NCBI GenBank assembly: GCA_964016885.1
Contig: OZ024749.1
Span: forward strand, 17,236,001-17,300,000
DNA from: Eledone cirrhosa
Taxonomy: Eukaryota
Reading direction: 5' to 3'
DNA: 64,000 bases
Part shown: positions 51,706 to 64,000 of the stretch, one piece after another
Layout of the letters: each line of letters opens with the position of its first letter
Numbering within the stretch: the first letter of the stretch is position 1
Made by a program: the position numbers and the translations under genes
The notes under the pieces: generated by a model
Database searches by the model: none
What the model was told of the DNA's origin: nothing
The model's input: the letters and a program-made list of their open reading frames with translations, nothing else

Positions 51706-53929
51706 TGATTAGTTGCGCTATTACTTTAGTCGCTCTCTGATTAGTTGCGCTATTACTTTTTCTGTGACCTTAATGACCTGGTCGATTAATTTAATGCCTC
51801 TATAGTTACCCCTATCTAGGGCATCTCCTTTACCCTTGTAGCAGTTAATGATGATGCTGCTACGCCAGTCCTTCGGAACGACCCCATTCTTTATGATTTG
51901 GTTTACTATCCGGGTGACCGTAGTGTGTCCCACCGTTCCTAATGTTTTCAGCATTTCAGCAACTATTTCTGAAGGCCCGGCCGCCTTGTCCGTCTTCATA
52001 TCTTTGATTGCTTTACTTATTATACTACCTTCAACTAGCACTGCTGGTCCCTCTATTGGATCGATGTGGGGAGACTGTCTTTCTCCCATTTATTCTCCTC
52101 ATTTAGTAACATTTCGTAGTGACACTTCCAAGCTACCTTCTTATCAGCGTCAGTGATGGCAAGTACACCATCATCATTAAGGACACACTTCTCCCCGACA
52201 ATATCACGGTTTTCCTTGACACATTGCCTAGCAATCCTGAACACCTCACGTTTTTGGTCCTCGCGTTGTAGAACATGCTTTATCTTTCTTTCCTCTGCTT
52301 CCGTTCTTGCGAAGTACACTTGTCTCTTAGCTTCCCTCCTGGCCACTTGATAGTCTTCTCTACTTCCCCCATTCCGCCATACTTTCCAAGCCTGCTTTTT
52401 GGCCTTAATTGACTTCTCCACCTTACTGTTCCACCACCACGTTACTCTCTCCTGCCTATAGGCCTGCTCCAGCCACAGACTTCAGGTTAGCTTTCAGGAA
52501 TTCCCACTGTTCCTCTATATTGTACGACTCTAATTGCTCTTCCTTACTGTCAAATGCATCAAGTAATATGCTTTTAAATTTATTTCTGGCTGTGGGGTCC
52601 TTTAGCTTCCATATTTTTCTCCTGAGGATAGTCCTCCTCTGTTGTCGAGTACGTCTTGTCCTGACTATGAGGTCGCTGATTATGAGTCTATGTTGGGAGG
52701 AGCATTCTTCATAGGGGAGGGATTTAGTGTTTACAACAGACACTCTATTACGTCTTCTGGTAAGGATATAATCTATCTGACTGGCGTGTTCCCCTGATCT
52801 ATAGGTGATCAAGTGATTGTCTCGTTTTTTGAAGTTAGTATTACAGATAGTTAGGTTATTTGCCTCACAGAATTCCAGGATTCTTGAGCCTTCCTCATTT
52901 CTAGTACTAAACCCATAGCCTCCATGGATTCCGTCATAGCCGTCACAATGTTGTCCAACGTGACCATTTAGGTCGCCAGCAATAATTATGTAGTCATTGT
53001 CTGTTATTTGGGAGGTAGTGAGCATCAATGTCTCATAGAATCTGTCTTTTATAACGCCAGGCAGTCTGGATTGGGGTGCGTACGTAGATATTACTGCCAC
53101 AGTAGTTCTATTTAGGACAAGTCTTATTTTAATTATTCTGTCATTCACTCTATTTACGTCTATTATCTTATCTACCCATTTTTCTGCTAACATTATTCCT
53201 ACCCCACGCAGCCCATTGTCATTTCCCACCCAGAAAAGCTTATAGCATCGTTTTTTACCCACAATGAATCTAGCAGACCCACCCCTCCGACTGGTCTCTT
53301 TGATGCAGCTAACATCAACGTCTTTATGTTCAAGCATTTCTACAACCTCGTTAGAGCGACCTTTTAAAGTGCCTACATTCATGGTACCAACTCTGAAGTT
53401 TTGGATTGCGTTTGGTGGGTGGGAACGGTGGGGTGCGGGAAGGGATGAGGGGGCTGGGGTTGGGGTTGTGTTGGCCATCCGCGGCCGAAATAAAGAGGAG
53501 GAATCCTTGCCTTTTCGTCTGGCAGCATGAGGTGAATTTGTCTTTATCTTTGGCATTGTCACTGAGTGTCCAGATTTTTCAGACTCTCCAGAATTCGTTA
53601 GTCCATCCATCATATCGAAAGGCAACCGGAAGAAGTGATAGTATAGGCCGCTGACTTATGATTGGTCAAAATAATAATTGCTTCTATTTTAGGCACAAGG
53701 CCAGCAATTAACCAGTACATTACTGGTACTTTATTTTATCGACCCCATAAGGATGAAAGGCAAAGTTAACCTCGGCGGGATTTGAACTCAGATCATAAAG
53801 GGATGTAACTCTATGCTTCAAAGCATGGTGTCCGACTCTCTCCCGATACTGCCAATCCACCGCCCGGTTGGTCAAAATAATAATGGTGGCGAGTGGGGGC
53901 ACGTGGGAGGGGTATGGGGTACTTATCGA
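51706..53929 (-). pseudogene. Second RTE copy: 5' UTR, APE domain and RT start; frameshifted, 3'-truncated, with a SINE in the 5' UTR
   Basis: ORFs 52456..53625, 52053..52421 and 51721..52089 are homologous to 33952-35790, with a ~16-nt deletion near 52480 and a 1-nt deletion near 52070. The SINE is flanked by the 17-bp duplication TTGGTCAAAATAATAAT (53662-53678, 53868-53884). Confidence 0.9.
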
Positions 53930-54236
53930 GAAGGTTTAAATAAAATCCTTGAATTTGGGGCATAATTGGACAAGCATATAACAGTAATAAGCGAATAATG
54001 GGATTTTAAAATACAAGAAGATTATTTAGAACAACCAGACAGAATTATAGAATAGCATTGAGAAAGTAGGATTGGATTCTGGGCGATGATACAGATATAT
54101 GAATGGACCGGGAAGATGGAGAGACAAGAAAAAATGGCATTTTACATTACATTTCACAGGAGAGCGAGCAGTGTATATATATGTATATATATATATATAT
54201 GTATATATGTGTATATATATATGTATATATATATAA

Positions 54237-54300
<64 letters not shown>

Positions 54301-54334
54301 ATATATATATGTATATATATATATATATAAGTAT

Positions 54335-55772
54335 ATAAATCAGGAAAGAAGGTTTACATGGTTTGCTATACAAAAAAGTTTTTAATCACATAGCTTACAT
54401 TTGTTTCACTGAACTGGTCTGTCTAGAGATCGCTATCCGCCTAATTTTGCGTCACTCGATCGCCAATACAGAATTATAACCAGTCAGATCTTCGGAGCAT
54501 GCGAGAATGAAGAAAATACACAGGCAAGAAAATAAAAGAAAATATGGAGTAGTTATGGCATTCAATTAGAACAATAACAACAACAATTATTACAACAATG
54601 CTATCAATAAACTATTTAAGGAGACCCTGACATTACTTAGGTGGGGGGTATATAATGTATCTAATGTTACGGCGTGAAAATCAGCTGTCATAAGGCAAAA
54701 AGTATCGTAGTGTGTATCAATTTTAAATTATAAAGATAAGCTAGTTTTTACAGTCTTTCTCTTCATCTTCAACAGTATACATGAGTGGGACCACTGTCAA
54801 AGCTCAATAGTTGTAGAGTTAATACAGAGGTTAACGAATTAATATACGCATATATCTACGCACACACACACACACACACATATATATATAAATATATATA
54901 CACATATATGTGTACATAGACACATACATACACATCAATATACACTCGTACAAAAATATACATACATACAAAGAGAAAAGCGTGCTAATTGTAGTTATGG
55001 CAAAAAGAAGGTAAAGTAACATTGTAGTAGTGGAATGAGAAAAACTAGGATCTAGGATCAAATGATTGCAGCAGCTGAGAAGGAGTAAGATTGTTGGTAG
55101 ATGAGGTATTTACAGACAATTGTGTGGTATAGACTTGTGAAGGAAATAGTATACTTAATGAATATATTTCTGTGGGTAGTAGGTATCCTAATTTAAAGCT
55201 ATGTTATGTTGGTTCGATTCACGGAGGTTTGAATCTTATGAATTTAGTGGCTATTCTATGTCTGCAGAAGATAGATCTTTCTAACTTATTATTAAGTAGC
55301 CTTTTAACATTTCTAAGGATATACAATAGCTCAAGATCACACAGCCCGCAATAGGACATCCCTGTACTATAGGTTTTAGCAGCTGACAACTTCGACCAGT
55401 TGATAGTGTAGCTAGCGTTGCTGTGTAGCATTCTCGCATGCTCCGAAGATCTGACTGGTTATAATTCTGTATTGGCGATCGAGTGACGCAAAATTAGGCG
55501 GATAGCGATCTCTAGACAGACCAGTTCAGTGAAACAAATGTAAGCTATGTGATTAAAAACTTTTTTGTATAGCAAACCATGTAAACCTTCTTTCCTGATT
55601 TATTATTACTCCAAGTGTTTACAACATAGGAATTACAGCATACCCGCAGCATCACTATGAAAACGCCTTGTTGAGTCAAACCAAGCCAAGCGTTAATATC
55701 ATCCACTACCTGGAATACCATAACTGGACTTCACCTAAGTGGACTGCATTTAACTATTATTTGTTAATCCGT
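54335..55772 (-). mobile_element. 5'-truncated PLE 3' fragment with an inverted copy of its end (175-bp arms 54335-54509 and 55429-55603)
   Basis: The arms are reverse complements. The minus-strand core encodes NWSKLSAAKTYSTGMSYCGLCDLELLYIL...LNNKLERSIFCRH. Both ends lie in (TA)-rich tracts. Confidence 0.87.
55440..55545 (+). ncRNA. Type I hammerhead motif, U4>C variant, long stem II (mirror copy on minus strand 54393-54498)
   Basis: GCT-CCGAAGA-T-CTGACTGG...CCAGTTCAG-T-GAAA-CAAATG-TA-AGC. Confidence 0.68.
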
Positions 55773-56744
55773 ATATATAAGTATATATATATATATAGGT
55801 GTGTGTATATATATGTATATATATATATAAGTATGTATATATATATATGTGTATATATATATGTATATAAATGTGTATATATATGTGTATATTTATATGT
55901 ATATATATATGTATATATATATATGTATATATATATATATGTCTCTATATATATATTTGTATATATGTATATATATATTTGTATATATGTATATACATAT
56001 TTGTATATATGTATATACATATTTGGATATATGTATATGTATATATGTATATTATGTCAGGTCACCAGTTGGTGCTACTGGTAACATGTATCCCAGTACA
56101 ACCTGGCTCATGGTCGGGTCGTTGGCGACTAAACTGGCAACCCCACCAAGGTTTTTTGGTGAGGAGGGTGACCTTGGACATCCTGCAGGACTAAAAACAA
56201 AACCTTTCAAAGGGCAAAGGAGCTCTTAAGAGTCAATGGCCATCCAAAATCACCGGGAGAGATGACCACTTAGCCTTTGTCAAGGCAGAATTCTAGAAGG
56301 AAAACTCTGATATAACACCTGCAACCCTTATGGTATCCAATGATGTTGACTTGTTCTTCTTTTTGGTAAATATCATCTTGGTTAAGAGAGTTGAACTGAC
56401 TTTGTGCAGTGCCTTTGCTCACTATAAAAGCTTCACGGAACAGGCATTGTTTTATATCTGGAGATCTCTCTGCACGTGTCGTCACATGGTACCATGGGCC
56501 CAGCACTATGTGTCAATAATTGTCACAAGTGTAGTGTTTGTACCAGAGTTTTCAAGTCGCTGGCTGGACTAAAAAGTCACACTCGTTCAGCGCATAGTGG
56601 CCGTACTCAAAAACGAGTTGGCAGTCACCATATATGTATATATATATATATAAATGTATATATGTATATATATATATCATCATCATCATCATCATCATCA
56701 TTTAACGTCCGCTTTTTTTCCCTGCTTGCAAGGGTGGGTATGTA

Positions 56745-56827
<83 letters not shown>

Positions 56828-57686
56828 GTATATATATATGTATATATATATATATATGTTTGTATATATGTGTATATATATATGTATATTAAGACAGGGG
56901 GGAAGAAAAAATGGCTTCACTTGTGCTTTCAACAAATTTATTTTCTTCACAAAATCCAAAAAGAATTTTTTTCCGGATTAGAAAAAAAAATTTTCTTAAA
57001 AAAAATTATTTTATAAATTAAGTTGTTGTTTGTTGGTTAGGTCTTAGGAGTTCTTGGTTAACGTGGGAGGTATTGTTTTCGTTTTTAGAACGACCTTTCA
57101 CGCTGAGGTGCGCTTGTCAAACTGATGTCTGTGGTGGGAGTTTCTTTTCTCCCCCTTTAATAAGTGCATGGGTGTAGGTGTGTTGAAAAAGTGTTAATAG
57201 CAGTAAAGAGTTGAGACGGTGAGTAGGGTTGGGTGGGGAGAAATGTAGCAAGTGCGGCCTGCCCCGGTCATTCTCGAAATATTCCTTTATTCAGGGGAAA
57301 AAGCTTTTAGTATTCCTTTTGTGTAGAGAATGGTCACAGGCAAATCGCACCTGCCAAGTTTGTAAATAATTATTTTTTTATTTTTTTCTGAAGAATTTTT
57401 CTACGCCCATCCGAAAATTAGTCCTTTGTTCAACACACACATATGTGCGTATACACGTACATACACACACGGGCATATGTAGGAATATATAGGCACACAC
57501 CATCAATCACACACCCATGTACAAATACATCCACATACATACACAAAAACATATAGAGACACATATAAAAACACATGAACACATACGTACACACACGAAT
57601 ATGTACTCATACCTCCACATGGGTATACATATATATATATATACATACATATATACACATACATATACATATACACACATATACAC

Positions 57687-57735
<49 letters not shown>

Positions 57736-57824
57736 CATATACATACATATACATACACATACATACATATACACACATAAAGATACATAACTAAATATAC
57801 ATATATACACATGCACGCACACAT

Positions 57825-57855
<31 letters not shown>

Positions 57856-57987
57856 CATATATATACACATACATATACATATATATATATATATACATAT
57901 ATAGAGAGAGGCATACACACACACATACACATACACTTACAAGTACATACATACACACATACATATATACACATACATATACATACA

Positions 57988-58071
<84 letters not shown>

Positions 58072-58450
58072 TATACATATATATATACATACACACACAT
58101 ACATACACACATACATACATACATATATATATATATATATGTACACACGAGCACATAAAGACACATATATACATACATATATATATATATACATATATAT
58201 ACATACATCTACATACATACATACATATACACATACAGAAACATACACATATGTGCACACATATATACATATATGCACATACATACACACACACACATAT
58301 ATATAGGTACATACATATACATACACACACACATAAACATATCTATCTATCTATATCTATCTATATCTATATATATATATACACATATATATATACAAAC
58401 ATACACATACATACATATACATATACATATACACACACACATACACACAC

Positions 58451-58495
<45 letters not shown>

Positions 58496-58836
58496 TACAA
58501 ACATACACACATCCATACATATATATACACACACACACATGCACACACCCACATACATATATACCCACACGTACATACATCCATACATACCTACACACAT
58601 ATATGTGTGTGTCTCACCGTTCACTCAGATATTCATGTGTACACATGAGAAGAGGGGGGGGGTAGTGAAATGGAATTTTACCTCCGAGTGTTAATTCATT
58701 TTTTCGTATAGGTATGTATATGTATGTATAGATATGTATATGTATATATATATATATATATGTGTGTGTGCGTGTGTATATATATATATATATATGTGTG
58801 TATATGTGTGTATATGTATATGTATGTGTATATATG

Positions 58837-58913
<77 letters not shown>

Positions 58914-59855
58914 ACCCATGTGGAGATATGAGTACATATTCGTGTGTGTACGTATGTGTATATGTGTTTTCATATGTGTCTATATGTTTTTGTGTATGTA
59001 TGTGGTTGTATTTGTACATGATTGATGGTGTGTGCCTATATATTCCTACATATGCCCGTGTGTGTATGTACGTGTATACGCACATATGTGTGTGTTGAAC
59101 AAAGGACTAATTTTCGGATGGACGTAGAAAAATTCTTCAGAAAAAAAGAAAAAAATTATTATTTACAAACTTGGCAGGTGCGATTTGCCTGTGACCATTC
59201 TCAACACAAAAGGAATACTAAAAGCTTTTCCCCTGAATAAAGGAATTTTTCGAGAATGACCGGGGCAGGCCGCACTTGCTACATTTCTCCCCACCCAACC
59301 CTACTCACCGTCTCAACTCATTACTGCTATTAACACATTTTCAACACACCTACACGCATGCACTTATTAAAGGGAGAGAAAAGAAACCCCCACCACAGAC
59401 ATGTTAAATCCCTATATATAGAACAACACACCACATACACATCAGTTTGATAAGCGCACCTCAGCGTGAAAGGTCGTTCTAAAAACGAAACAATACCTCC
59501 TACGTTAACCAAGAACTCCTAAGACCTAACCAACAACCAACAACTTAATTTATAAAATAATTTTTTTTAAGAAAAAATTTTTTTCTAATCCGGAAAAAAA
59601 TTCTTTTTGGATTTTGTGAAGAAAATAAATTTGTTGAAAGCACAAGTGAAGCCATTTTTTCTTCCCCCCTGTCTTAATATACCTAACTGTACCAAGGATT
59701 ACACACATTTTCCAATATATATATGTATATATATATATATGTATATTTATATATATGTATATATATATGTATATATATATATATGTATATATGTATATAT
59801 ATATATGTATATATATATGTATATATATATATGTATATATATATGTATGTATATA

Positions 59856-59982
<127 letters not shown>

Positions 59983-59983
59983 T

Positions 59984-61095
59984 ATGCACCATCCCGCGTG
60001 CTGTGGGTTGTAATTGTGCTAACGACAGCTGCGGTAGCGTAGGTAACAACGTAGGCAGCAACAATGATAGCCTTACCGTGGGAAATAGACGGAACCGCGA
60101 CAGAAATTGCAACTGCCGCGACAGAGGACGCTTCCCCCTTAGAGGATACTGCTTGACTGATAGGGTTATATATAGATGCACTATTACTAGCCACAATAGC
60201 GTTAAACATTATATAGGGGCCACCTCCGGCCCGTTCAAAATTAGGTTTCGAACACATCTCCACTCTTTCACAAATAGAAAACTAAGGCACTCCACTTCGC
60301 TCGCAGACTACATCACATCACTAAAGGACTTAAACATCAGCTTCTCCACGCACTGGGAGATTGTCGGCAGGGCTGCACCGTACAACTTCAAGAGGAAATG
60401 CGATATTTGCCTCATGGAGCTCTACCACATCATAACTGCACCCCACGAGCTCATCAACAGCAGAGCTGAAACAGCGATAAGTTGTACACATCGCTTAAAA
60501 ATATCCTTCTTTAGATGGGTTAAGAATGAAGAGTGAAATAGTACACTGGATCTCCCTGCAACAAGTCTTAACACCCCGGCGGGCAGGCGCAGCAAAATAA
60601 CACCCAGAAAACAATCCCTTGCATACCAGACCCAGCCTCAGACAAACGGATGCGGCAAAATAAAAAAATAAAAAATAAAAATTATCCTGGAAAGACTGCC
60701 CTAGCACCGGCCAGAGTTACCTCCCTTGACCTGCTGCAAAATCAAAACAAGATATTTTTGCGAGCAATGAATCTTGATGTAGATTTAACCTCCAAAACTC
60801 TTTCCGAACTATATAAGGAACACTTGTGATTATTTATGCCCTTGAGAAGCCCAACTGGGCGAAACGTACGTAGGTGATATTTTAAATAAACATGTTTTAA
60901 CGGTCTATTCTCCGATTTTTTACTTTCCCACGTGCTTACGCTCTGCTAACTCTCTAGCCCACTAAATATTAACACTTCGAATATTTAATACTGCCGGCAC
61001 TAGTATCGAGCACCTTTGGCATACGCTACTTGGCAAATAACTATATGTATCACCTATCCCTCCTTTTTCTCTCTTTCTCGATACGTAAATACTAT
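59984..61095 (+). mobile_element. 5'-truncated Penelope-like element with an open GIY-YIG frame (to 60536) and an HHR-like 3' region
   Basis: [28 protein letters not shown]...[21 protein letters not shown]...STSLADYI...WEIV...KCDICLME...INSRAE...CTH; flanked by (TA)n. Confidence 0.9.
60835..60879 (+). ncRNA. Minimal hammerhead-like motif, U3-A8 variant, imperfect stem I
   Basis: TATGCCC-TTGAGAA-GCCC aact GGGC-GAAA-CGTACG-TA-GGTGATA; ACGTACGT palindrome, GUA triplet. Confidence 0.68.
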
Positions 61096-61352
61096 ATATA
61101 TATATATATATATGTGTAACGAAGGAAATGTGGTAAGAAACCAGGTGGACCATAACGCACCAAAGTACTCAATACTTAGGGTAGCAGAGTGGGTAATATA
61201 TATATATATATGTATATATATATGTATATATATATATGTACATATATATATATATATATGTACATATATATATATTTGTATATATGTATATATACATATG
61301 TATATATATATATATATTTACATGTGCATATGTATATATATATATATTTACA

Positions 61353-61395
<43 letters not shown>

Positions 61396-61443
61396 GTGCA
61401 TATATATATATATTTGTATATATGTATATATATATGTATATAT

Positions 61444-61477
<34 letters not shown>

Positions 61478-61498
61478 ATGTATATAAATATGTATATA

Positions 61499-61616
<118 letters not shown>

Positions 61617-61859
61617 TAGGAGGTGAGTTTTATTGTAGCACAATAAATAGTAACTATAACATCTCTTGGAGGAAGGTTCGTACCGCCTTTCCTTGCCTGA
61701 ATTCTTCCCTATCCAGAACATGTAATCTCTGCCTAGCCGAGAAATTTACCATTATATCTAATTTCAATTCTATAACAAATAGACGCACAGATTTATTTTC
61801 TCTCTGCTTGCATAAATTCCATAGAACATTCCATAAAGTATACACCGACCTTACCCAAT

Positions 61860-62253
61860 TGCACCTCTCAAAGACAATGATACACGACCGTGACTTCTGG
61901 CGCCACGCAGTAATACAGAGTACCCGACCTCCCATGGGTACAAGCTGAAGCATATAGACAATATTCCCCCACACCCCCCACCGCAAGGTGGTCGTGGAGG
62001 TGCCACGGCAAAAAAGCACCCAGCCCACACTGTAAAGTGGACGTGTAGGCGCCACGAAAAAGCACCCAGCACTCACTGTAAATGAGGTTGGTGTTAGGAA
62101 GGGCATCCAGCTGTAGAAATCAAGCCAAATCAGTTCCTGTATGAGGAAGGCATGGTCAGCCTACCAGACACTGCTCACAACAGGACAACCCGTCTAACCC
62201 ATGGTAGCGTGGAAGAACGGACGTAAAACGGTGATGATGATGATGATGATGAT
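61860..62253 (+). mobile_element. RTE LINE 3' end fragment with (GAT)n tail
   Basis: CACCTCTCAAAGACAATG and GGTGTTAGGAAGGGCATCCAG match ~37063-37385; tail GATGATGAT. Confidence 0.8.
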
Positions 62254-62546
62254 ACAGCTAATATCTCAATACCTTACTAGTTTAAAATCCTTTCTCAAAG
62301 GCTTATATATTTTTTACAAATATACCCATCTTTCTACCTTATTTCAGTATTATATATTATATAATACAATTTACCCATTCTATATCATTCCTCTTTATCA
62401 TTTTCCTTTCTTCCTTTTCTCTTTTTAATTTCTAACCTCTAATCTGTACTTTTTCTTCCCAACTACTTCTCAATTCATATTATTACTCACCACAACATTA
62501 TCCATTCTTCCATCTTTCCTCATATCATTGGCCATAAAAACTTATT

Positions 62547-62901
62547 TTTTTAATACATTATAATATTACCATTAGAAGTCCTTCGTAAACATATATACTT
62601 TTGAGGTTAGAGTTTTTTCTTCCTTGAATTTTTTCTTATCTCTTCTATCATTTCATGCTCGTTTTAAACCTAATTTGACTCTTACATATTACAATACATA
62701 AAAACAAACTTAAACCCTAACTAATTTCTTTTAATATATTATATTATTACCATTAGAAAATAGTTTGTAAACATATATACTTCTTGATGTTAGATATTTT
62801 CTTCCTTAAACATTCTTTTTTCTTCTTTCCTTCCACGCTCATTTTAAACATACTATTTACGTACACATATTATATTACATAAAAACAAACTTAAACCCTA
62901 A
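62547..62901. repeat. Two diverged tandem copies of a ~180-bp AT-rich unit
   Basis: ATTACCATTAGAA...GTAAACATATATACTT...CATAAAAACAAACTTAAACCCTAA occurs twice. Confidence 0.75.
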
Positions 62902-62921
62902 TTCCTCTAAATTCATTGTGA

Positions 62922-63800
62922 TATTGTGATATCTGTGGTAAATCATCCTCTGATGGTAGTACGTTAACTAAACACAAACGTATACACACAGGAGAGAGGC
63001 CACATCACTGTGATATCTGTGGTAAATCATTCTCTGAAAGTAGTACCTTAATTACACACAAACGTACACATACAGGAGACAAGCCATATCACTGTGATAT
63101 CTGTGGTAAATCATTCTCTGATAGTAGTTCCTTAACTAGAAACAAACGTACCCATACAGGTGACAAGCCATATCACTGTGATATCTGTGGTAAATCATTC
63201 TCTCAAAGTGGTCACTTAGCTTCCCCCAAACGTACACATACAGGAGAGAAATCATATCACTGCGATGTCTGTGGTAAATCATTCTCTCAAAGTGGTCACT
63301 TAGCTTCCCACAAACGTATACATACAGGAGACAAGCCATACCACTGTGATATCTGTGGTAAATCATTTTCTCGTAGCAGTACGTTAAGAAACCACAAACG
63401 TATACATACAGGAGACATGCCATACCACTGTGATATCTGTGGTAAATCATTCACTCTAAGTAGTCAATTAACTAAACACAAACGTATGCATACAGGAGAC
63501 AAGCCATATCACTGTGAGATCTGTGGCAAATCATTCTCTATAAATAGTACCTTAACTAGCCACAAACGTATACATACAGAAGACAAGCCATATCACTGTG
63601 ATATATGTGGTAAAACATTCTCTGTAAGTACTAACTTAACTTCACACAAACATACACATACAGGAGACAAGCCATACCACTGCGATATCTATGGTAAATC
63701 ATTCTTTGAAAGTAGTCATTTATCTAAACACAGATGTATACATAGGTGTAAGAAACCATATCACAGATGTATACATAGGTGTAAGAAACCATATCACTGA
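62922..63800 (+). pseudogene. C2H2 zinc-finger array (~10 units) with no 5' leader; several Zn ligands mutated
   Basis: The 84-bp periodic frame is open from 62922 (TGA at 62919) to 63800. H>N, H>P and C>Y substitutions occur in some fingers. The first in-frame ATG is at 63417. Degenerate fingers continue to the window end. Confidence 0.75.
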
Positions 63801-64000
63801 TATCTGTAGTTTCAAGTAGTTTAACTACACACAAATATACCCATACAGGTGAGAAGCCATAACAAATTCATATCTCATTATCTCAAAATGGTGAATTAAT
63901 TAAACACAAATACATTCATATGAGTGAGAAGACATACCACTGTGATATTGGGGAGAAATTATTCTCTTTCATTGCAACATTAACTACATAGAAACATATA

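Noticed and set aside
57383-57428. CTGAAGA...CCGAAAATTAGTC in repeat A
   Set aside because: The core words are present, but there is no stem I or stem II complementarity.

Overview
This is AT-rich, microsatellite-saturated eukaryotic DNA. It is most likely a cephalopod (Octopus-type) C2H2 zinc-finger cluster, inferred from the [16 protein letters not shown] fingers, RTE LINEs, tRNA-derived SINEs and dense (TA)n/(CA)n. The main result is in the first 16 kb: about 25.6 almost identical copies of a 628-bp unit with no ORF, each carrying a complete type I hammerhead ribozyme (HHR). The array ends by running into a (TA)n tract. The break falls inside a 20-nt motif shared with a second, 468-bp HHR-bearing repeat that also ends in (TA)n. 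By eye, the rest of the window holds 16 more HHR or HHR-like motifs from about 11-12 sequence families. These sit in Penelope-like element (PLE) ends, ORF-less permuted units, fold-back insertions and one solitary hairpin, and three families carry the compensatory U3-A8 core variant. Taken together this looks like a (TA)n-targeted PLE/retrozyme system with one very large concatemer. The window also contains a nearly intact RTE LINE (one frameshift), a rearranged second RTE, a non-autonomous LTR element with a tRNA-Trp primer-binding site, SINEs, two damaged C2H2 zinc-finger arrays and local inverted and direct duplications. Most ORFs in the supplied track are microsatellite artefacts. All pairings and coordinates were read manually, so boundaries may be off by a few bases and no activity is demonstrated.
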